From a virus (lineage: Duplodnaviria; Heunggongvirae; Uroviricota; Caudoviricetes): a stretch of 37,200 nucleotides of DNA. A program made the position numbers and the translations under genes. The notes under the pieces are model-generated. The model saw only the letters and a program-made list of their open reading frames with translations. It did no database searches and had not been told where the DNA came from. Shown piece after piece: positions 1 through 6,274 of this stretch (position 1 is its first letter; each line of letters opens with the position of its first letter). The stretch lies in the IMG/VR virus record IMGVR_UViG_2526164668_000026, one strand, 5' to 3'.

Positions 1-1002
1 TTACCCTCTATTGTCAAAAGGATTCAATTCAACAGCAGCCTCTAAATGACCTGGAGCAAAATGCGCATAACGCATAGTCATTTTTATATCGCTATGCCCC
101 AGTATTTTTTGCAACACAAGAATATTTCCGCCCCGCATCATAAAATGACTGGCAAACGTGTGACGTAGCACATGAGTTAATTGCCCATCAGGAAGCTCGA
201 TCTTCGCTCTCTTAATTGCAGCGTCAAAAGCCTCATAACATGGTGAAAATAGCGCTCCTCGTTTTTTGGGAAGCATAGCCTGCAATTGAGGTGAAATCGG
301 TACAGTGCGGTTCTTCTTTCCTTTAGTTTTAACAAATGTGATTCGACCGGGCAGTACTTGAGATTGCTTTAATCCTTCTGCTTCACTCCACCGAGCACCA
401 GTCGCAAGCCCAATACGGACAACAACCCCCAAATCTTTATTCCGTGACTCATCACACGCAATCAGAAGGCGTTCAATCTCATCTACATACAGAAACGCCA
501 GTTCCTTTTCTTCCTCACGAAACTTGCGAATACCAGTCAGGGGGTTTTCACCAGACCACTCCCCAAGGCGCTTCAGTTCGGCAAAAACAGCATGTAGATA
601 TGACTGCTCGCGATTAACGGTTGCTTCACTAAGTTTTTTCTTCCCCTTGGGATTCCATTCTCCTGATAGCCTTCTTTCCCGATAAGTGGCAAACATATTT
701 TTGTCAAACTGAGAAGCAAATGGATCTCCCAGCCTGGAACAAATCGCCTCAAGTTTGACTTTGCGCTCTGCACCAGAGGACAAGGTTTTACCGTACATCT
801 CAAACCAACGAGCAATCAACTCAGAAAGACGAGGACCAGAACCATCTTGAAACTCGTCTCCAACTCTACTATTCATTAAACGGCGCTCATAAGAGAGCGC
901 CTCACTTTTTGTCGCAAACTGTTTACGAATGCGTTTTCCCGATGCCCCGTAGGGATAACATTCGCAAAGCCATTTACCTGATGGAATCTTACGAACCGAC
1001 AT
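1..1002 (-). CDS. int: Phage tyrosine integrase (P2/186-like)
   Basis: 333-aa ORF with C-terminal tyrosine-recombinase catalytic region (..ATGARWSE.., ..HVLRHTFASHF.., ..LGHSDIKMTMRYAH); sits at the prophage end downstream of the repressor operon. Confidence 0.9.
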   Translation of the reverse strand: MSVRKIPSGKWLCECYPYGASGKRIRKQFATKSEALSYERRLMNSRVGDEFQDGSGPRLSELIARWFEMYGKTLSSGAERKVKLEAICSRLGDPFASQFDKNMFATYRERRLSGEWNPKGKKKLSEATVNREQSYLHAVFAELKRLGEWSGENPLTGIRKFREEEKELAFLYVDEIERLLIACDESRNKDLGVVVRIGLATGARWSEAEGLKQSQVLPGRITFVKTKGKKNRTVPISPQLQAMLPKKRGALFSPCYEAFDAAIKRAKIELPDGQLTHVLRHTFASHFMMRGGNILVLQKILGHSDIKMTMRYAHFAPGHLEAAVELNPFDNRG

Positions 1003-1007
1003 TTTAG

Positions 1008-1355
1008 TTACTTATCACATAAATCAAATGCAGCCTTAGTGACATCCCCCAGACTCTTTTTTAACCCTGGGGCGGCATCATTATCTAGCCAAAATGGATT
1101 ATTGTTATCTAACGGTAACGCACCAAATGTTTTACCTTTTATTCGAGCCAAACCTGTAAGTGCATATAACTTATTATCGTCAAAATTCATCACATAAGGA
1201 TTACCATCAAGACACTGTAATTGAACCTCATCAGTATTAAATGGCCATACCCCATTGAAACTCTCACGTTCAATAGTTTTAAAAGGCATTGCGACGGCGG
1301 AAAAAGAAAACATAGATAAAAAAGTAACTAATAGTTGAACCTTTTTTACTTTCAT
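1008..1355 (-). CDS. Small secreted/periplasmic protein (signal peptide; resembles YebY/DUF2511-type proteins by recollection)
   Basis: 115-aa ORF with hydrophobic N-terminal signal-like segment (LLVTFLSMFSFSAVA), two Cys; lies between repressor operon and int on the same strand. Confidence 0.5.
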   Translation of the reverse strand: MKVKKVQLLVTFLSMFSFSAVAMPFKTIERESFNGVWPFNTDEVQLQCLDGNPYVMNFDDNKLYALTGLARIKGKTFGALPLDNNNPFWLDNDAAPGLKKSLGDVTKAAFDLCDK

Positions 1356-1384
1356 ATCATTACCTCAATTTAGCTCAAGTAAGA

Positions 1385-2035
1385 TTACAAATTAAAAAAC
1401 GCCCTAGAAATGACACCGCCTACCAAAACCCCTACGCAGATAAAGAATATTATTTCTTTTGGATAAAGTCGGATTAATTCTGAAGCACGAAGTCGGACCT
1501 CTGGTAAGGTCGAACTCTCTGTGTGGCTTGATGCCGATTGTTGCTCTAACCACGACAATGCAGACTGTAACTGAGAACGAGTAAGATCGTTTAAACGTCC
1601 TGTACCGAAATTGATATGGCAATACCGCAGAAGTTTTTGTCGAAGTCCACAGTCTTCACTGTTACGTAGTAATAAACTTACAAGAGCCTTACAGGCATCA
1701 TGATCTTTACATCGCTCAAGCATTGCATGCAGAAAACTCTCCGCTGTTTTATATTGATTTACTGTCATATCATCAATACCAGCTACACCAATCTCCGCAT
1801 GTACTTTTTGCCAAATAATAAACGCTTCAGTATTGCTAGCTTCTGCAATAGCAGCAACCAAGCTATTTAGCTCCTTACGCTGAGCCTTAAGCAAAGGGCG
1901 ATCGTCATCATCATTATTCGAAGGGATTGCGATATTGACAGTATGAGAACCATCATATCGCTCTATCTGAATATTCTTTTCGTGAAAATCACGCCCAGCA
2001 ACGCGATTGTTTGAACCGTTTGAGTTGACGGCCAT
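1385..2035 (-). CDS. Hypothetical membrane-anchored protein (C-terminal TM helix), lysogeny-operon cargo
   Basis: 216-aa ORF; C-terminal hydrophobic stretch IIFFICVGVLVGGVISRAFF; N-terminal NNRVAGRDF motif echoes the C-terminus of the upstream repressor; 13 bp downstream of the repressor stop on the same strand. Confidence 0.55.
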   Translation of the reverse strand: MAVNSNGSNNRVAGRDFHEKNIQIERYDGSHTVNIAIPSNNDDDDRPLLKAQRKELNSLVAAIAEASNTEAFIIWQKVHAEIGVAGIDDMTVNQYKTAESFLHAMLERCKDHDACKALVSLLLRNSEDCGLRQKLLRYCHINFGTGRLNDLTRSQLQSALSWLEQQSASSHTESSTLPEVRLRASELIRLYPKEIIFFICVGVLVGGVISRAFFNL

Positions 2036-2050
2036 GTCACCTCCCTACTA

Positions 2051-2455
2051 TCACCTACCCTTAGTTTCGTTATAGTCACGACCAGCGATACGGTTATTAC
2101 CACCAGAAATATTTAACTCACGTCCTGATGGCTGAGTTTCCTTTTCACTGATCGCACCTTTTAAAGCCCCAATCACCGCGTTTTTCACATCTAACGAAGC
2201 TGCTCGAAAGCGAGTAATCAACTCCTGCTCATCATCGTTATAAGTTTCAGGTGAGTGAATTCCCAACACAACATACTGAACATCAAGGCCAAAACGAGAC
2301 AGCGCTGCCAAATACGCAGCATCAGGAAAGCTATCTCCTTTCTCATATCTAAGCTGAGTTAGCTTTTTGACTCCACCAATGTCGCTCATGGCAACTTGAC
2401 TAAGTCCCAATCTTTCCCTTTCCTCACGCAACCGCTGACCAATATCATTTTTCAT
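2051..2455 (-). CDS. Immunity repressor, XRE/cI-type helix-turn-helix
   Basis: 134-aa ORF with N-terminal HTH (QRLREERERLGLSQVAMSDIGG...); divergent from the early operon; operator-like dyad in the intergenic region. Confidence 0.75.
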   Translation of the reverse strand: MKNDIGQRLREERERLGLSQVAMSDIGGVKKLTQLRYEKGDSFPDAAYLAALSRFGLDVQYVVLGIHSPETYNDDEQELITRFRAASLDVKNAVIGALKGAISEKETQPSGRELNISGGNNRIAGRDYNETKGR

Positions 2456-2464
2456 ACAAAAACC

Positions 2465-2493
2465 TTGACAGGTATCTTTTTTGATACCAAAAT
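2465..2493 (+). promoter_or_regulatory. Candidate early promoter (TTGACA -17 bp- CAAAAT) with embedded operator dyad GGTATC-N6-GATACC
   Basis: TTGACA at 2465-2470, 17-bp spacer, CAAAAT at 2488-2493; perfect inverted repeat ggtatc/gatacc at 2471-2488 inside the spacer; located between divergent repressor and early genes. Confidence 0.4.
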
Positions 2494-2530
2494 GATTTCA
2501 CGAGCTATTAGATGATCACAATATACCACT

Positions 2531-2737
2531 ATGAAACAAGTTCTTCACGATACCAGATCACGCATTCCGCGTAACACCGCCACAGGTCCAAGACTGGCAC
2601 TTCGGCTGTCCCTCGAGGAGCGAGCCGTCATTGATGAAATGGCAGCTAAAGAACAACGCTCATCCTCTAACATGGCGCGCATGATCTTCCTTCGCGGCCT
2701 AGAGCTAACCCAGAAAGAACAAAACAAATCTTCCTGA
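2531..2737 (+). CDS. First early-operon protein (Cox/Apl position; small putative DNA-binding regulator)
   Basis: 68-aa ORF, first gene rightward of the repressor; basic, helix-rich sequence; function assigned only by position. Confidence 0.4.
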   Translation: MKQVLHDTRSRIPRNTATGPRLALRLSLEERAVIDEMAAKEQRSSSNMARMIFLRGLELTQKEQNKSS

Positions 2738-2753
2738 TCAGGAGGCTAGTGGG

Positions 2754-2957
2754 ATGTCAGGTATAACCATCAATATCAATGTGAATGCCCCCTATGTATC
2801 CCTGCAGAAATATGCAGAGATAACAGGTATCCCTCTTAATACGTGCAAAAAGATGTTGGCTGACGGTCGAATTATTATCCGCCCCAAACGCGCCAAAATG
2901 GAAAAGCCTGAAGTAAACCTTGTGGCGATGTTAAAAGACGCTTTGGCTAACAGCTAA
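2754..2957 (+). CDS. Small early protein, putative HTH DNA-binding
   Basis: 67-aa ORF; GGGA RBS-like sequence just upstream; segment YAEITGIPLNTCKKMLADGRI resembles an HTH. Confidence 0.4.
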   Translation: MSGITININVNAPYVSLQKYAEITGIPLNTCKKMLADGRIIIRPKRAKMEKPEVNLVAMLKDALANS

Positions 2958-2978
2958 AACAATGAACAGAGCACCATC

Positions 2979-3329
2979 ATGAAAAAAAACGCTAATAATC
3001 CATACTCCAAATTTCGTAATGGCGTAGAACGCCATGTACACCACGTCGCTACCAGTGCATCACGTAGTAACAGTCGCTATAACCTGAACGAGACGCACGC
3101 AACACCGGATGGCCACGCTGTAAAACAAATCGGCGAGCATGCCTGGCTGATTGAGAAAGCTGGAATCGTGGTCCACAAATGCCCACGCAATCCGTTTACC
3201 GGAAACCGCATTTTTGCATTGAACTGCGGCGACAATCACTTCGGGCAGGATTTCACATTATACGAAGCACTTCGCACGGTTGATCGTCTGCTTCGCGGGC
3301 AAAGTTTTATTAAACAGGCTGATTTATAA
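2979..3329 (+). CDS. Hypothetical early protein
   Basis: 116-aa ORF in the early operon, same strand, tight spacing. Confidence 0.45.
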   Translation: MKKNANNPYSKFRNGVERHVHHVATSASRSNSRYNLNETHATPDGHAVKQIGEHAWLIEKAGIVVHKCPRNPFTGNRIFALNCGDNHFGQDFTLYEALRTVDRLLRGQSFIKQADL

Positions 3330-3352
3330 CAGGTGCTTTATGACCAAAGAGC

Positions 3353-3619
3353 ATGCACAAGGTGTATTTATCCGTTTTATTGATTTTCGCGGTGAACTGT
3401 TATTACGCGCATCAGCCATTGACGGAGTTGTTCCATCCGAAAAAAAACGCAGCTACTTACGTTTATCTGAACGGTACGCGCCTGACTGTGGAGCTTCCGT
3501 ACCAAACCGTACGAGAAATCATTAGCGAAGCTGAAAAGGCACGTCAGGTTAATGGCGATGAACCCTATATCGAAATTATTTGTATGGATTCAGAAGCTGA
3601 AATTCAGAAAGCAGATTAA
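3353..3619 (+). CDS. Hypothetical early protein
   Basis: 88-aa ORF in the early operon; the overlapping alternative frame 3280..3525 is less likely. Confidence 0.4.
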   Translation: MHKVYLSVLLIFAVNCYYAHQPLTELFHPKKNAATYVYLNGTRLTVELPYQTVREIISEAEKARQVNGDEPYIEIICMDSEAEIQKAD

Positions 3620-3630
3620 AGGGCGTTGCG

Positions 3631-3873
3631 ATGGGCAAAGAATATAAAACTCTCATTAACAAAGCACTTGAACGATTTTATTTTCGCTTAAGTGCATCAG
3701 GCGCTCATGCTGAACATGCAGCCCGTGACTCATTGACCAGGGCAATCCGGAGTTTGTATGACGTTGCTTTTTACGCTGATGATCTGGATGCACTTAACGA
3801 ACTTTCCGAGCTGATCTGTGCCGCAGAATGCGGGGAACACATTGAACCGTATAAGCTGGGGAATATCGCATGA
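3631..3873 (+). CDS. Hypothetical early protein
   Basis: 80-aa ORF preceded by an RBS-like AAGGG; stop overlaps the next start (ATGA). Confidence 0.45.
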   Translation: MGKEYKTLINKALERFYFRLSASGAHAEHAARDSLTRAIRSLYDVAFYADDLDALNELSELICAAECGEHIEPYKLGNIA

Positions 3874-3983
3874 GTATATTTATCTCATGGCTTGTTCTGA
3901 TTATTTCGGTGGCCTGCGCCATTGGGATTATGCGAATTATTCATTCAGTAAAAAAGATTGAACGCTTTTTCACTGACAAATAA
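3870..3983 (+). CDS. Candidate small single-pass membrane protein (37 aa)
   Basis: ATG at 3870 overlaps the preceding stop (ATGA coupling); translation MSIFISWLVLIISVACAIGIMRIIHSVKKIERFFTDK is one hydrophobic helix plus a basic tail; below the ORF-track size cut-off. Confidence 0.3.
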   Translation: MSIFISWLVLIISVACAIGIMRIIHSVKKIERFFTDK

Positions 3984-4075
3984 CAGCTTAAACAAAACAC
4001 CAGATTAAACCCGAAAACCTGAAAACTATCCGCATTCGCGGAGGTATTCGCACACGTAAATAACGGAGATATAAA

Positions 4076-4492
4076 ATGAACGCAAAAGAAAAAAATATTA
4101 TCAATACATTAAAAATAGTGTCAGCAGAGCAAGACAAGCTGTCCAGGGCAGCCCAGAAAGATAATCAACATATGGCAGCGCTTTACGCACTGACCATCGC
4201 AATAGCCACCTCTGAAGCAGCCAAAGTTATTGAGGAACAGAGCAAAGAAATCGACACTCTTAAAACACAGTCAACAGTTGCAGCCATGAATCCGTCCAGC
4301 ATTGGACGCTGCATTTATATTCTTGGTTCAGCAATGATGCTGCAATACACCATTATTGCCGAACTGCACGGCAAATACCTGATAACGCCTTACCACACAA
4401 AAGAGTCTGAGCTTCTGACAAATCTCCGCCTGATAGAACGCTCTCAAGCTGTATTCATTGATGACGCGCAACGTGCCGTATTTAACGCATAG
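4076..4492 (+). CDS. Hypothetical early protein
   Basis: 138-aa ORF with GGAG RBS upstream (..aacGGAGatataaaATG). Confidence 0.5.
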   Translation: MNAKEKNIINTLKIVSAEQDKLSRAAQKDNQHMAALYALTIAIATSEAAKVIEEQSKEIDTLKTQSTVAAMNPSSIGRCIYILGSAMMLQYTIIAELHGKYLITPYHTKESELLTNLRLIERSQAVFIDDAQRAVFNA

Positions 4493-4515
4493 GGTTACTG
4501 GACAAAGGGGGCGCA

Positions 4516-4719
4516 ATGGCAATTAAGCATTTTTCCGTCGTTCGCTTTACCTCCAGAGGGCGCGAATACGAGGTCGACGAACGCCTGATTACCACTATCG
4601 ACAAACATCGTTCGGAAAAGGATGCGCACCACATCTACCTCACTGACGGCACTTATTTCTGCGCCACCAACGTGGCGCGGGTGAATCTTATCCGACAAGT
4701 ACAGGAGCCACGCAGATGA
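4516..4719 (+). CDS. Hypothetical early protein
   Basis: 67-aa ORF with RBS-like AAGGGGG upstream; coupled to the next ORF. Confidence 0.4.
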   Translation: MAIKHFSVVRFTSRGREYEVDERLITTIDKHRSEKDAHHIYLTDGTYFCATNVARVNLIRQVQEPRR

Positions 4720-4982
4720 CCATTCTGGACTACATCGCTACTCATCCGGGGTGTAGCGGCGGAGAGATCGCCGCAGCACTGAATACTCCAACCACAGCCA
4801 TTAATGCTGAGTTACGCCAACTTTGGCGCGGCGGCTTAGTCATCAGAACAAACCGCAGCACAGGTGGTCGCGCTCGCAAAACTGGAGGCCAGGCTTCTTA
4901 CCACGTAAACCCGATGCCGTTCGGGTGTAGCAATCCACTTACTCACATGTTTAACCAGCTACTGAAGGAAGCCAGAACATGA
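4716..4982 (+). CDS. Hypothetical small DNA-binding (winged-helix-like) protein
   Basis: 88-aa ORF; start overlaps the previous stop; N-terminal segment resembles a winged-helix fold. Confidence 0.45.
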   Translation: MTILDYIATHPGCSGGEIAAALNTPTTAINAELRQLWRGGLVIRTNRSTGGRARKTGGQASYHVNPMPFGCSNPLTHMFNQLLKEART

Positions 4983-5269
4983 GCACCATCAACCACCAGA
5001 AGCTACGCGAACTGGCATTTGCCCTGCAACGAATGGCAACGCCTCAAAAATTACTGGCATTTCGCGCAATGCTCTCGCCGTCTGCTGTGCTGGCACTGCT
5101 GGATCAGCTGGAGCACGCCAGAACCACGGCTCCTGCCATTCGCCTCACGCTCCATCATGAAATCGCTGATTTCTGCGCAACGCTGGGGGCACCTGGCGAA
5201 CCGGAAACGCCGGAAGCAATGCAGCAAGAGCTGCTGCAACGCATCGATAACGTTTTTGATTTTTTCTGA
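4979..5269 (+). CDS. Hypothetical early protein
   Basis: 96-aa ORF; start overlaps the previous stop (ATGA). Confidence 0.45.
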   Translation: MSTINHQKLRELAFALQRMATPQKLLAFRAMLSPSAVLALLDQLEHARTTAPAIRLTLHHEIADFCATLGAPGEPETPEAMQQELLQRIDNVFDFF

Positions 5270-5599
5270 ACCAGTAAGAAACCAGAACATGCACACACAA
5301 AAAAACCGCTTGCCATGCCTCAATCGGTCAGGTTACATTTCCGCTGCACCTCATAAAACGGGTGCCGGGATTCTCAACCCGATACAGAGCAAAGCGCATA
5401 ACCGCGCAAGCGGTTTTTTTGTGCGTACTGTATTGCCACGTCTTTTTCGCGTCAGAATTATGGCGGGGCGTACGGGGCCGACTTCGGTCGGGCCGGATTC
5501 TTTGCTCTCCGGTGTTGAGAACCCTGTACGTCTCGCCACCCCGAGATTCTCAACTCTGGATGGTGAGTTATTTCTATCACCGAGCAAAGAGGCCACACC

Positions 5600-5830
5600 A
5601 TGGCAGACCGCAAACAGCACCGCGCTATCGCGGAGCGTCGTCACATCCAGACTGAAATCAACCACAGACTTTCCCGCGCATCACGCGTCGCGCAAATCAT
5701 GCACATCAATATGCTGCATGAGCGCAGCCACGCACTATCAAACATTTATTCCGCCTCTGTTTTCAGCTATCTGGCGGATGATCTGCACGAGCTTCAACAG
5801 CTCATCCAGCAGCAAAACAAACTCCATTAA
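5600..5830 (+). CDS. Hypothetical early protein
   Basis: 76-aa ORF with RBS-like AGAGG upstream; follows a structured non-coding region. Confidence 0.4.
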   Translation: MADRKQHRAIAERRHIQTEINHRLSRASRVAQIMHINMLHERSHALSNIYSASVFSYLADDLHELQQLIQQQNKLH

Positions 5831-5902
5831 TTCCTGTTCCGGGCCTTTCCTGCACCTTGCGGCGGGAGGCCTTCGCACATCTGTAACAAGAGGATTGCCG
5901 CA

Positions 5903-6268
5903 ATGATTCTCGCCAACGACTTTCTTGAATACCTGCTCAACACAGAACGTGATCTTGCCGCTCGCGTGCGTGATCGTTATGACATGTACCTGAAATCCCT
6001 GCCTGTACCGCAGCTCGCTGACGGAAAGATTGTTATTGATGGTCGCTACATGATTGACAGCCACGAGGGAAATTACAGGCTTTACCGCATTGAAGGTGGC
6101 ACCCCGTCCGTTATTGGCATTTACCAGCGCCCATCCTCTGCAATCGTCGATGTGATTGCCGACAGCATCCGCATCACACATCGCCATGCCGACACAGAAG
6201 ACACCGTGCTGGAAATTCAGCGGCTGGCTACAGTCTGCCGCGACACCCTGAATGGCATGACGAAGTAA
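5903..6268 (+). CDS. Hypothetical early protein immediately upstream of the replication gene
   Basis: 121-aa ORF, same strand and close to gene A. Confidence 0.45.
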   Translation: MILANDFLEYLLNTERDLAARVRDRYDMYLKSLPVPQLADGKIVIDGRYMIDSHEGNYRLYRIEGGTPSVIGIYQRPSSAIVDVIADSIRITHRHADTEDTVLEIQRLATVCRDTLNGMTK

Positions 6269-6274
6269 ATCACT

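Noticed and set aside
3280-3525. 81-aa ORF in an alternative frame overlapping 2979..3329 and 3353..3619
   Set aside because: Overlaps two better-spaced ORFs that fit the operon tiling; likely not translated.
5019-5906. 295-aa plus-strand ORF spanning 4979..5269, the structured intergenic region and 5600..5830
   Set aside because: Ser/Cys/Arg-rich low-complexity translation; overlaps better-supported ORFs in other frames and runs through dense hairpins.
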